Assembly: GCA_951406725.2 (NCBI GenBank)
Contig: OX597824.1
Coordinates: 7,936,001 to 8,000,000 of the forward strand
Direction of reading: 5' to 3'
Origin: Octopus vulgaris
Taxonomy: Eukaryota
DNA length: 64,000 nucleotides
The notes beneath the pieces were generated by a model. It did no database searches. It saw nothing but the letters and a program-made list of their open reading frames with translations, and had not been told where the DNA came from. Of this stretch, positions 29,495-42,476 are shown piece by piece (position 1 is the first letter of the stretch; each line of letters starts with the position of its first letter). The translations under genes and the position numbers were made by a program.

Positions 29495-29769
29495 TTCTTC
29501 TTCTTCTTCTTCTTCTTCTTCTTCTTCTTCTTCTTCTTCTTCTTCTTCTTCTTCTTCTTCTTCTTCTTCTTCTTCTTCTTCTTCGTCGTCGTCGTCGTCG
29601 TCTTCTTTTTCTTCTTCTTCGTCGTCGTCGTCGTCGTCTTCTTCTTCTTCTTCTTCTTCTTCTTCTTCTTCTTCTTCTTCTTCTTCTTCTTCTTCGTCTT
29701 CTTCTTCTTCTTCTTCTTCTTCTTCTTCTTCGTTGTCGTCTTCTTCTTTTTCTTCTTCTCATCATCACC

Positions 29770-29840
<71 letters not shown>

Positions 29841-30358
29841 TTTATGGTAATTTTATTATCACTCTACAAAATACTCTCACCACGATTTGCGAGTTTATAA
29901 TTTGCCTTCGTAATGTACCATTCTCGGTGTCCTTGTGGCAAATTCAGAAACAATTATTCGTTTTTCTTTTCTTAAATAAAATTGTTAATTACTGCAATCA
30001 GTCTTCTTTTGAAACTTTTTTCCTGTGACTTATACCAGTGCTAAACGTGGGCTTACAAGAGATGCAAGTTCTGAATCTGTGGACCCTACGATCCCCGTAA
30101 GTGTTCGCAACCCTGGGGTACGGCATGAAGTTGCTACTTTATAACCGTTTAGCTCACATCCATCCACCCATTGCCTCCTGTACTTATACACGGTGGGGGG
30201 TGGGGACGCATTCACACGCTCACGCACACACAAGCAGGAAAAGGGGTGTCATGAGAGAAAAGGAAGAGGAACAGAAGATTAATGGAAGTTATCAGGAATG
30301 TATTTTAAGTTTACTGTAGATGACAAACGGAAGAGAGATGACACGAGATAGATAGACG

Positions 30359-30454
<96 letters not shown>

Positions 30455-30637
30455 TAGAGAGAGAGAGAGAGAGAGAGGGAGAGATAGGTAGATAGATAGA
30501 TAGAGAGAGAGAGAGAGAGGGAGAGATAGATAGATAGATAGATAGATAGAGAGATAGATAGATAGAGAGAGAGAGGGGGGAGAGAGAGAGAGAGGGGGGA
30601 GAGAGAGAGAGGGGAGAGAGGGAGAGGGAGAGATAGG

Positions 30638-30690
<53 letters not shown>

Positions 30691-31124
30691 TTCTTATCAG
30701 TGGATGACATTTCCAATTTCATTGACCTTCAGACACTCATAAAGGTCACCTCAAATACCAGTGTGCTTGACAAATTGTTACACAGTAACAACAACAAAAC
30801 CAACAACACCTACAACAGCTGTACTAACAGTAGTAACTACTATATCTCCGTGTGAATAACTTAGCTATTAGAAATAGCAGCTAATTTTTCTTTAAATCTT
30901 ATCGTGTCATCGTAAAAAGAATGAGAACAGACTTCCTAAAAAAAGAAAAGTAGAGATCGTGATATCTTGGCTTGTGGACATGTCTTCAGTAATAAGACAC
31001 ACGACCAGATTACGGTCGACATGGAGTTAAAGAACAGGAGCTACTACTACTGCTGCTGCTGCTACTACTACTACTACTGCTACTACTACTACTACTACAA
31101 CTACTACTGCTGCTGCTGCTACAT

Positions 31125-31825
31125 CTTGGACTTTTGAAGGAAGTTCCCATCCTCCCTCCTCCTCGGGCTTTTCCAGGAAGTCCTTCCTCCCCTTCCTTCC
31201 CCTCAGCTCCCTCTCCTTGGTCTTCCAAGAAGTCTCCATTCTTCCTCCTCGGACTTTTCCAAGAAGTCCTTCCTCCCATTCAACTCACACTTCAAGGACA
31301 TTCCCAGGAGGTCCTTCCTCCCGTCAACTCCCCCTCCTTGGACATTTCCAGGTATTCCCCATCCTTCCCCCTCGGACATTTCCAAGAAGACCTTACTCCC
31401 CCTCAACTCACCCTTCTTGAACTTTTTCAGGAAGTCCTTACTTCCCTTCTTCCCCTTCCTCCACCTGAACCACCTCCGGGTATTTTCCAGGCAGTCCCCA
31501 CCATCCCTCTCCTCGGGCTTTCCTAGAAGTCCTTCCTCCTTCCTTCCCCTCAACTCCCCCTACATGGACTCTTCCAGGAAGTCCCCACCCTCCCTACCCT
31601 CCCTTTTTGGACTTTTCTCGAAAGTTCTTCCTCCCTTTCCTTCCTCCCTCACAACTCCCCCTCCTTGGACTTTTCCTGGAAGTCCCCATCCTACCCCTCT
31701 TCAGACTTTTTCGGGAAGTCCTTCCACCCCTTCCTACCCCTCAACCCAGCGTCCTTGGACTTTTCCAGGAAGTCCTTCTTCCCCCTCAACTTCCCCTCCT
31801 GAAAATTTTCCAGGTAGTCCCCTTA
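31125..31825. repeat. C-rich minisatellite, about 16 units of 32-60 bp with palindromic core GGACTT-TTCCAGG-AAGTCC
   Basis: Core recurs at about 31128, 31166, 31219, 31251, 31296, 31340, 31374, 31419, 31478, 31515, 31566, 31609, 31667, 31703, 31757 and 31801. Confidence 0.9.
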
Positions 31826-32767
31826 ATTTTATTGACCCTGGCCCTCAGTTAACCTCTGTGGGATTTGAACTAAGAACGTGTTGTCAGAGTAATAATTATC
31901 AAAATATATATGCAGACCAGCTTTGAGCCAGCTAGCTTTTGATCACATCTATTCCAAAAGTGACCATCCTGTTTTGTTGCTTTTCTGCTTTTCTGCTGGA
32001 GCCACATTATCAAGCGCGTTTTTTATTCTCTTCAAAATGTTAAACTGAGGAATGAGGGAGATTTTGGCTGCTTTTCTTGTAGGTTGAAAAACCACGTAGA
32101 TGCTTCTTTATCGGCGCATGTCCGTGTAAATGTTGTTGTTGTGTAGCCCTGATTAAGCAGGCAGACCTGTGATCAAAGAAGTTCCAGTCATGGCCATCAC
32201 GTCTTTTATACAGCCATACCGTATCGAGGACCACATTAACCAATGTGTCCGCTCCTTGTTCATGACAGTAGAACGATATACGAGGGATATTTGGGTGCTA
32301 TTTCTTGCAGGTTCAGGTAACACGTAGACGTTTCTGGCTTGTATCCATACAGTTAATTGCAAGCAGTGTGCTCAATGTGTTGGACGCAATTGAAATGTAT
32401 GTAATATGAAAACGGTGTCCATTTGATCTGTGCCCAGCTGACAATTGGTAGAGAGAGTCACGTAGAGCGGCGTTGCTCTTTTGTCTCGGCATAACGGGAA
32501 CCTGGTGCAGTGTCGACCACAGACTGCTGAATGTCACGTCGTCGGGGCACGATCTGCAGGTCTCAAAGCGGAAAGGCAAACTTCCAATTGTCAGAGAGAT
32601 AGAGGGGGGGGATAACGAGAGAGAGAGAGAGAGAGAGAGCAATGTTAGAGAGAAGCTGAAATTGTGGAATGCAGGAACATGCTGGCAGGATGTTACACTA
32701 CTTGCATTAGAATTAGGAATAGTGGAAAGAAGAAGAAGAAGAAGAAGAAGAAGAAGAAGAAGAAGAA

Positions 32768-32799
<32 letters not shown>

Positions 32800-32827
32800 T
32801 GAGGAAGAAGAAGAAGAAGAAGAAGAA

Positions 32828-32859
<32 letters not shown>

Positions 32860-32951
32860 AGAAGATGAGGAAGAAGAAGAAGAATAAGAAGAAGAAGAGC
32901 AAGAAGAAGAAGAAGAAGAGGAAGAAGAAGAAGAGCAACAACAACAACTAT

Positions 32952-32983
<32 letters not shown>

Positions 32984-34304
32984 GTAGTAGTAGTACTACT
33001 ACTAGTAGTAGTAGTAGTAGTAGTAGTACCTCGACTGCACCAGTAATAATAGCAGCAATTTCTAACATTGGCATAAGGTCATGCAGTTGTGTGGAATTAG
33101 CTGCACAACCAATAAAATAGGCTCCAGTAAGTGACTGGTTCTTGTTTTGTCTTGTTTGTTTTTTTTTTTTCTTCCTTTGCCTGGTTCCTGGGTCCTGGTG
33201 GGAAAAATAAAAGAAAACGGTAAAGAATATCTCGGCAGAATTTGAACCCTCGAATGTAAAATAATATAACTAAACACAATAAACAGTTTTCCTCCTGCAC
33301 GCTACTAACTCTGCCAATTCTCCGTTTTTAATCAGAACCTTTTCTATCAAAGGGACAAGGTCAGGAAAGTTTGGAGCAGGGGTTAGTCGGTTGCATCCAC
33401 CCGAGTGCGTAATTCAAACTCAGAAAAAATGGGTTAAATGTTACTTGGCATTTGGTTCGACGCGCTAACGATTCTTTTCTACACTAGGCACAAGGCCCGA
33501 AATTTTGAGGGAGAGAGCCGGTCGATTAGATCGACCCCAATACGCAACTGGTACTTAATTTATCGACCCCTGGTAGCATGAATCAACATACAGAATCAGC
33601 ATAGGTTATAGGAACATAAACCTTCTTCCACAAAAAGACAGCTTAAACTGTGCTCTAAATGGAGGTGTAGTGAAATCCTATTTTATGGGCTCAACCATGT
33701 TCTAAAATAAATCGAAAGGTAAGCTACTATAAATCGACACGAACTTTCCGGACAACCCAATATTTAACTGGCATTTTAGTCTATCGACCCCGAAGGAATG
33801 AAAGCCAAACGTGACCTTGGCGTCATTCGAACTCAAAATATAACGAATTGGAGCAGATACCCCAAAGCATTTTGTCCGATGTTCTAACGATTCTGCCAAA
33901 CCACTAAAATTAAAGCTAGACGTAATTTGTATTAAATTTTATGTAATATTTCTTTACAATATCTGCATTTTACTTTCTGTATGTTATTTTAAGCAACTTT
34001 GCTGCTTTCTCTGGTATTTTTGTCACTTAACAGGAATGTTCTGGAATAAAATTAAGGCTAAGAACATTGGCTTTCTTCTTCTCTTTTTTAAAACTCTCTA
34101 TTTTTTTTATATTTATCTCTTTATTTATTTCTTGTCTGGTTTCAAACACCTCAATGTCCTCCTTGTGCAGTTTTCTCTGTGCAGCTGTGTGACTTACATG
34201 TCGTCTGGTCTTTGTTCGTAGTCACTATTCATGTAATTATAAACACAGTGAAAGAGAGAGAGAAAGAGAGAGCGAGAGGGAATAGAAAGCAGACCGATTG
34301 CTAC

Positions 34305-34386
<82 letters not shown>

Positions 34387-34455
34387 GCAGATAGATAGGT
34401 AGGTAGGTAGGTAAGTAGGTAGGTAGATAGATAGGTAGGTAGGTAGGTTGGTAGG

Positions 34456-34537
<82 letters not shown>

Positions 34538-34689
34538 TGACTGCTGTCTTTTTAGTTTTTTGTTATTTTCGAATTTCTCACCAATGGAGTAAGAAATTTC
34601 AACCCTATGTATGCATATATATGAGTTTACGGTTGAGTTTAATAAGTCTCTGTGTGTTTATATATACATATGTATGTATATTTATACAT

Positions 34690-35134
34690 TGTTTTTGTAT
34701 TTGGTTTGCAAGATTCTTTATGTGAATTCGTATGTTGAAACAAATTTTGTCGTGTCTAAGGAGAGCCATCATTATGCCAACACAACTAACACACGCACTG
34801 GTTCACTTTCACTCCTTTATTATTAGCCAATTGGTTAAATATCCAACTAGCTAATCGATTGTTTAATTTGTTTTGTTTTCGTTTGCTAAAGTTCTTTCTA
34901 CTTGCAATATTTTCAATGACTATTGACTCAGGGACTCTTAGGGATAAAGTCAATAGTCACTAAAAATGTTACAAATAGCAACGAAAGAACATTGGCAAAC
35001 AAAAACAAAGCAAATTAAACAATCGATTAGCTGGTTGGATATTTAACCAACTGGCTAATAATAAAAGAGTGGAATTGAACCAGTGCGTGTGTTAATTATG
35101 TTGATATAATGACCCTCCCTAGACACACAAAATT
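34690..35134. mobile_element. PLE-type fold-back: about 185-bp inverted arms around a 19-nt spacer
   Basis: 34745-34928 versus 34948-35134; family related to 14835-14950 and 56215-56330. Confidence 0.8.
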
Positions 35135-35269
35135 ATTATTAAACAGTATGATGTGTGTGTGTGTGCGTTTGTGCACCAATGTGTGTGTTAACCATCTTAT
35201 AATCCCAATGTTGCGCAACACAACAATACTAGAGCGTGTGAATCTTACATTGCATCGCAATAAACTATA

Positions 35270-35470
35270 CAATAATCCCTCGACTATCGCGGGTTTTACG
35301 TTCCAAAACCTTCCACAGAAATAATTAAAATCTAAATAAAATATGTGGTAAGTAGCTTGCTTACCAACCACATGGTTCCGGGTTCAGTCCCACTGCGTTG
35401 CACCTTGGGCAACTGTCTTCTACTATAGCCTCGGGCCGACCAAAGCCATGAGAGTGGATTTGGTAGACGG

Positions 35471-35511
<41 letters not shown>

Positions 35512-35880
35512 TGTGTATGTGTGTGTGTGTGTGCGTGCGTTTGTGTGTCTGTTTGTCCCCCAACATCGCTTGACAACCGATGCTGGTGTGTTTACGTCCC
35601 CGTAACTTAGCGGTTCGGCAAAAAAACGATAGAAAAAGTACTAGGCTTACAAAGAATAAGTCCTGGGGGTCAATGTGCTCGACTAAAGGCGGTGCTCCTG
35701 CATGGCCGCAGTCAAATGACTGAAACAAGTAAAAGAGAAACCCGCTATATACTGAGGATTCCGCGATATAAATTTACATATATTACCCTGAAAAATCCGC
35801 GATGTACTAAGTGCGCGATAAATGAACCGCAATGTAGTGAGTACGCGATAGGTGAAACACGATATGGCGAGGAATTACTG
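35270..35880. mobile_element. Tigger/pogo-like MITE with TA TSD, interrupted by SINE family A (35344-35737)
   Basis: TA|CAATAATCCCTCGACTATCGCG ... CACGATATGGCGAGGAATTACTG|TA, with internal CGCGAT sub-repeats. Confidence 0.75.
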
Positions 35881-35952
35881 TATTCTTAAAATATTAAACT
35901 GCTCTCACGCTTATAGCAGCCCACGGCACTACACTATATCAAACCTCTACAA

Positions 35953-36199
35953 CAGTGCTGCCCAACGTCCGGCCCGCTAGTCGGTTTTCAATTTATGGGT
36001 ATCTGCAATGCAAATTACAAAAAATGTATTCGTATAGGTGCAGGAGTGGCTGTGTGGTAAGTAGCTTGTTTACCAACCACATGGTTCCGGGTTCAGTCCC
36101 ACTGCGTGGCATCTTGGGCAAGTGTCTTCTGCTATAGCCCCGGGCCGACCAAAGCCTTGTGAGTGGATTTGGTAGACGGAAACTGAAAGAAGCCTGTCG

Positions 36200-36240
<41 letters not shown>

Positions 36241-36883
36241 TTGTGTGTCTGTGTTTGTCCCCCTAGCATTGCTTGACAACCGATGTTGGTGTGTTTAGGT
36301 CCTCGTCACTTAGCGGTTCGGCAAAAGAGATCGATAGAATAAGTACTGAGCTTACAAAGAATAAGTCCTAGGGTCGATTTGCTCGACTAAAGGCGGTGCT
36401 CCAGCATGGCCGCAGTCAAATGACTGAAACAAGTAAAAGAGAGAGTAGATCACAAAAAATCACATTAAAGTATCCTCTTTATGTCGAGGACGTGTGCTAC
36501 ACGCAGGTCTTCTCCATACGTCATTATGAGACGTGATTTATCTGCGACAGAGATAGTTTTAAGCATGCTGAGTCAGCCGCTGACCGTGTTGTGGATGAAT
36601 ACCGATTTTCGGTGGCTGAAAACTGTAAAGTCAAGCCGGATCGAGCCAGCAGCCAATCACGACATAGCATCATATGTAGGACCCCTATGTTTAAATTGAG
36701 TTATGAATATTAATTGTATAATGGATAATTTCTATAAATAGAATAATAGAATAATAGAATCAATGTTTTCAGTTCTGAATACTTTTTCAAACCATTTCAA
36801 ATAGTTGTATTAAAAAATGAAAGGCTAGAAATGTGAGTCCGGCCCACTAGCGTCGTTCTTTCGGAAAAGGTTGGGCAGCACTA
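35953..36883. mobile_element. hAT (Charlie/Buster-like) non-autonomous element, interrupted by SINE family A (36035-36441)
   Basis: TIRs CAGTGCTGCCCAAC and GTTGGGCAGCACTA; perfect 8-bp TSD CTCTACAA at 35945-35952 and 36884-36891 with central TA; subterminal GTCCGGCCC repeats. Confidence 0.92.
36035..36441 (+). mobile_element. SINE family A, full length, nested in the hAT element
   Basis: Collinear match to family A. Confidence 0.93.
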
Positions 36884-37222
36884 CTCTACAACAATGCACT
36901 ACACTAAACATACTTCACTACAATTCTACATGATTCTTCTACGCTGCTACAGACTATATTAAATGCGTTTGGTTGGGACCTTTCCATTGTACATTCTAAA
37001 TTGTGCATATGTGCGCGCGCACATTCACTTTGCAGCTAGCGCACAAAAAATGCACTAATGTCTGGTTAATGTAAGTTTGATGAATTTAAAATACGTTTCA
37101 TAAATATATGATTCTTACTGCAACCACGTGTCACCTGTCATGTGACATAGATGCTTCCCAGTTTCTCCTCGCCTACATCAGATTAGCAACCAGCGCACAA
37201 GAAAAAAAATCTTTGACGTCTT

Positions 37223-37637
37223 GGCGAGCTGGCAGAAACGTTAGCACACCGGGTGAAATGCGTAGCCGTATTTCGTCTGCCGTTACGTTCTGGGTTCAAA
37301 TTCCGCCGAGGTCGACTTTACCTTTCAACCTTTCGGGGTCGATTAATTAAGTACCAGTTTCGCACTGAGGTCGATGTAATCGACTTAATCCGTTTGTCTG
37401 TCCTTGTTTGTCCACTCTATGTTTAACCCCTTCTTGAGGGTAGTAAAGAAATAGGTATTTCGTTTGCCGCTACGTTCTGAGTTCAAATTCCGCCGAGGTC
37501 AACTTTGCCTTTCATCCTTTCGGGGTCGATAAATTAAGTACCAGTTACACACTGGGGTCAATGTAATCGACTTAATCCGTTTGTCTGTCCTTGTTTGTCC
37601 CCTCTATGCTTAGCCCCTTGTGGGTAGTAAAGAAATA
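37223..37637 (+). mobile_element. SINE family B tandem dimer (full copy plus 5'-truncated copy)
   Basis: GTATTTCGT...TAGTAAAGAAATA repeated at 37269-37453 and 37455-37637. Confidence 0.9.
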
Positions 37638-38033
37638 TAATAACGGTAGTTTGATGATTTCAGTAAAACATCACAAATACCTCATGGTTATTACTATAAT
37701 CACGTGTTACTTGTCATATGACATATCCGCTTCCAAATTTAGACATGCCTCTTTTGCCCATATCAAGCTGTAATTGGTCAGGTACGGGTTACAACGACAC
37801 TTAATCACTGCCGATAATTAACGTTGCTCTAATTAGTCATACTAACTAATCTTTTACAAACAATAATAGCTTAGATAATCAACAAAGTAATTAATATAAC
37901 TAACATTTGAGGCTAACATAATTAACAGTAAAAGCTAACAAAATTAACAGTTTTAATTAGCATAATCCTGTAACCGTAGCTTCATTAATGAATGTCTCTC
38001 GTATAATTCAACGTTCTTTCCCATTTTCAACTA

Positions 38034-38820
38034 TACGTGGTCTGATCAATAGGTACCCGGACTGTTACCATAGTAACGAAGCTAAAGCACACAGAGTGAA
38101 GCCACTTAGTACAGATTGACTTTAAACTCTACTGTGCATGCGCACTAAGTTTTAACGTTCTAGCTCACTTTCGTTGTTTACAGCAGTGCTTGGAAGGAAG
38201 GTGTGTAGCGTGTGATTGTCGCATTGACCATGAATCTGCATCAAATTTTGTCAAAAGCTTGGCGATACCTACTCAGAGGCCAACGCAAAAGTTGCAGAAA
38301 GTGTATGGAGAGGAGTATTTGAACCGACAAAATGTCGATATTGATGAACGTTCTGGGAGACCCGCAACCTATAGAACTGAGAAAAACATCGCAGCTGTGT
38401 ATGCAGCTGTGAGGGGAAATCGTCGAATCACCATCCGTGAGTTATCAGAGGATGTGCAGATTAGTTACCGCTCAGTTCAGTCCACTATCAATGAAGATTT
38501 GGGTTTGAGGCGTGTGTCTTCCAAGTTTGTACCATAACTGCTTTCAGCTGGTAACGCACCTGCCTATACACCACAGCTTGTGCAGCAGTTTTTGGCTAGG
38601 TATAGCATTCCACAGGTCCGACAGCCACCGTATTCTCCAGATCTTGCCCCTTGCGACTTTTTCCTCTTTCTAAAAAATCAAATCCTGCTTGAAAGGAAGA
38701 TTTCAGGACGTCGAAGAAATCAATGTGAATGCAACGAGGCAGCTGCTAGTTATCCCAGAAAACTACTTCCAGGAATGCTTCCATCTATGGAAACTGAGCT
38801 GGATTAAGTGTGTGGCTTCA
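38034..38820 (+). mobile_element. mariner transposase remnant, internally deleted, with 5' TIR
   Basis: TA-CGTGGTCTGATCAATAGGTACCCGG start; LQKVYGEE...DERSGRP...RITIRELSEDVQISYRSVQSTINEDLGLRRVSSKFVP joined to QPPYSPDLAPCDFFLF. Confidence 0.9.
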
Positions 38821-38856
38821 AGGAAGCACATGGAAGCACATGGCCTAGTGGTTAGA

Positions 38857-39660
38857 GCACAATACTGCACTTTCTATGTGCAAAATACTCTACCTCTGTT
38901 GTGCACAATACTGCACATTTTTATGTGCACAATGCTCTAAATGTTTCTATGCACAATGCTGCACATCTCTACATCTCTGTATGCATAATACTGCATGGCT
39001 CTATGAGCACAATGCTCTTTATCTCTGTATGCACAGTACTGCACATCTCCCTATGCACAACAGTGCACATCTATATTTGAACAATGCTACACATCTTCCT
39101 ATGACCGAGATTGCACATTTATGAATGCACGAGGATGCATATCTCTATATGCACGGTACTGCAAGTCTCTGCATGCTCGATACCCTGCATCTTTGTATGC
39201 CCAGTGCTGCACATCTCTCTATGCACAAGCAGTGCACATCTATGTTTGAACACTGCTACACATCTCTTTATGCACCATGCTGTACATCTCTGTATATTCA
39301 ATGCCGAACATCTCTTTATGCATGATGCTGCACATCTATGTATGCACAATGTTTCACGTCTCTATATGCACAATACTGCAAGCCTCTGTATGCACAATGT
39401 TATACATCGCAGTATGCAAAGTGCTTGGGCTCTCTGTATGCACACTACTATATATATCTACGTATGCACAAACAGTGCACATCTCTGCATGCACAACTCT
39501 GCATGCACAGCACTGCACATCGCTATATGCACAATGACACACACCTTTGCATTTCCCATACTGCACATATCCGTATGCAAAGTGCTGTGTCTCTGTGTGT
39601 GCACAACACTGAACACCTCTGTATGCAGAGCGCTGTGCATCTCTCTAATCACGATGCAAC
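38857..39660. repeat. About 24-bp minisatellite (consensus near CTGCACATCTCTGTATGCACAATG), about 33 diverged units
   Basis: TGCAC recurs with about 12-bp sub-periodicity; starts right after the SINE-head fragment GCACATGGCCTAGTGGTTAGAGC. Confidence 0.9.
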
Positions 39661-39906
39661 GGAATGTAATTCTTGTGAGTCGCTTTCAAAGACAGAAGGA
39701 AGAGGCGAGGAATTGTTAGAAAACGCAAAAAATCCGATGATGCGTTATTTAAATAGCGATAAGCGAGACAGGAATATGAAGGTAATTCGTTTATCGTTTC
39801 TTTTGAATGAGATTAACAGCATCTCTTTGGAATTAAAAATTGGTTTCTTTGAATTTTGCGAAGAACTCTGGCAAGTCACTAATGTCATACCTGATATTTG
39901 TATTTT

Positions 39907-39907
<1 letters not shown>

Positions 39908-39937
<30 letters not shown>

Positions 39938-39975
39938 CATTATTATTATTATTACTATTGTTATTATCATTGTTA

Positions 39976-40039
<64 letters not shown>

Positions 40040-40059
40040 CATCATCATCATCATCATCA

Positions 40060-40090
<31 letters not shown>

Positions 40091-40128
40091 CATTATTATT
40101 ATTATTGCTATTGTTATTATTATTGTTA

Positions 40129-40168
<40 letters not shown>

Positions 40169-40188
40169 CATCATCATCATCATTATCA

Positions 40189-40225
<37 letters not shown>

Positions 40226-40270
40226 TGTTATTATTATTGTTATCATTATTATTATTATTATTATTATTAT

Positions 40271-40358
<88 letters not shown>
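39908..40358. repeat. (ATT)n/(CAT)n/(AGT)n triplet array
   Basis: Directly visible. Confidence 0.98.
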
Positions 40359-40359
<1 letters not shown>

Positions 40360-40720
40360 ACAATGTAATGCTGTCAAAATAATTGAGAATTGAAGGCGTG
40401 TAGGTAATTATATATTGCTGTGTAGCTATAGCAGTCGTTCAAAATTAAAAGAAAATGGCCTCCATTAAGAACATACAGTGTATTGCAAAATAATTTAGTC
40501 GCAGTTATTCTCAAAGTTTCTTCGACACCCGAAAGGATTTGGGATGGGTTGTACTTCTTTTATTTGTTTCAGTCATTGGACTGCGGTCATACTGGGGCAC
40601 TGCGAAGGGTTTTAGTCGAACAAATTAACCCCAGGACTTATTTATTTAAAGTCTGGCAGTTATTCCACCGGGTCTCTTCAGCCGAACTGATAAATTACGG
40701 GAAGTAAACAAAGTAATACC

Positions 40721-41738
40721 GAAGCGACTCGAAACATACACTCAGTTTATGGGAAAGAATGCTTGAATGAAAGAACTCGCAGAAGATGGTTTGCAAAATT
40801 CAGAAGTGGAGATTTCAGCCTTGAAGATGAAGATCGAACAGGACGTCCAGTTGAGTTTGATGATAAGCTCCTTGAGGCATTACTTGAAGAAAATCCTGCA
40901 TTATCAGTTGAAGAATTGACAATAAAGCTTAGTTCAAACCATACAACTGTTCATCGTCATCTTCAACAACTTGGAAAGGTTCTTAAACTTGGAAAATGAG
41001 TGCCTCATGAATTGTCCGAATGCAACCGTAATCCCGAGTTGACATCTGCTCTTCTCTCCATTCTCGCGAACTCATCTCACCCTTTTTGGATAGACATGTG
41101 ACTGGTGACGAAAAATGAATCTTCCATCGAAATGTTAAACGTCGTAAACAAATGGAAAAAGCTCAACCACAACTGAGAAGGAAACTTCATGGAAAAAAGG
41201 TTCTTCTCTCTATGTGGTGGGATTGCAAAAGAGTAATTCACTTTGAATTGTTACCACCTAATGCAACAATCAATGCTTAAATCTACTGTCAGCAATTAGA
41301 GCGTTTGAACCAAACTTTGAAGAAAAAAAGACCCGCTTTAGTGAATCAAAAAGGAGTGATGTTTCATGAGGACAATGAGCGACCCCACACTGCAAAGATC
41401 ACATTACAGAAGATCGACGGGCCTGGTTGGAAAAAAATTCCTCATCCACCTTATTCTTCCGACCTTGCTCCTTCAGGCCACCAATTGTTTCGTAGTTTAC
41501 AGAATCATTTGAGGGACATATCTTTCGCAAGCCAGGCGTAAGTCGAAACTGACATTTCAGAGTTCTTCGCTTTGAAACCAAAAGAGTTTTACATTGATGG
41601 GATTAAAAAGCTTGTAAATAGATGGAAGGAAGTCATAGATGATCAAGGAAAGTATATTGATGATTAAATTTCAATTAAATATAACATTTGATCACTTGTA
41701 TTCTTTATTCAAAATTCGGACAGAACTTATGGGATGAC

Positions 41739-41742
<4 letters not shown>
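40721..41742 (+). mobile_element. mariner (DD34D) element, near-complete transposase pseudogene with 3' TIR; 5' end truncated
   Basis: ERTRRRWFAKFRSGDFSLEDEDRTGRP; K*VPHEL; TGDEK*I; KKVLLSMWWD; FHEDNERPHTA; HPPYSSDLAPSG; RWKEVIDDQGKYIDD* (stop at 41667); TIR ...AGAACTTATGGGATGACCTGA|TA. Confidence 0.95.
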
Positions 41743-41806
<64 letters not shown>

Positions 41807-42437
41807 TGTGGTGTGTGTGTGTGTGTTCTTGAGCATAACTTTAAACTCCATCTGGTAGCTCGTTCTGGCTCGGGTGTTTCGGGGTTTTGAGGAGAGTGGA
41901 ACCACATCTTAGCCATTTAGCCATTAGTGTTCCCAGGTTTACTCTGACCCGGAGTAGCAGCACATGTCAGGGTCCCAATTATGGGTCACCTAGCATTTGT
42001 GATGACAATCCATCTGAGCGCAGGAAAGCGGTGTAAAAGCTGCGTTTTCAAGTGGTTACTGGTCGTTTCCCTTCCGCCTGTCACTTGATGTTAATCACGG
42101 TGACTCACAGAATGACACTCATCTTGTACAAGCGTTTATCACTGTTAGCCATTTATGGTCAGATGTCTCTTTGTGATGACCTCATTTGTCATTCCGTTTG
42201 TTGAGAGTCCTATCACGATGGATGTGTGGTGACGAGGTGCAGAGTTAAGCCCGTTGCAAGCGCACAAGTAAGAACTGTCGGCTGTCACCCTATGCTTCCT
42301 TCAAACCGTGCAGATCTGCAAGGGTACTCAATAGCCGTCTGATAGGTCATGGACGGAAAGTCAGAAATAGCATTGATTACGAGGGAGCAAAAGGAGGCGG
42401 CAACCATATGGAAAGTTGGAGCAATCGCCATACGTGC

Positions 42438-42476
<39 letters not shown>

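Noticed and set aside
31125-31825. CRISPR-like appearance (palindromic repeat plus spacers) and Pro/Ser-rich ORFs
   Set aside because: Eukaryotic context, no cas genes, degenerate repeats, and spacers that are mutually similar low-complexity C-rich sequence
40721-41667. Active or domesticated mariner transposase
   Set aside because: In-frame stops, a frameshift, missing N-terminus and an altered third catalytic residue (APSG instead of APSD)
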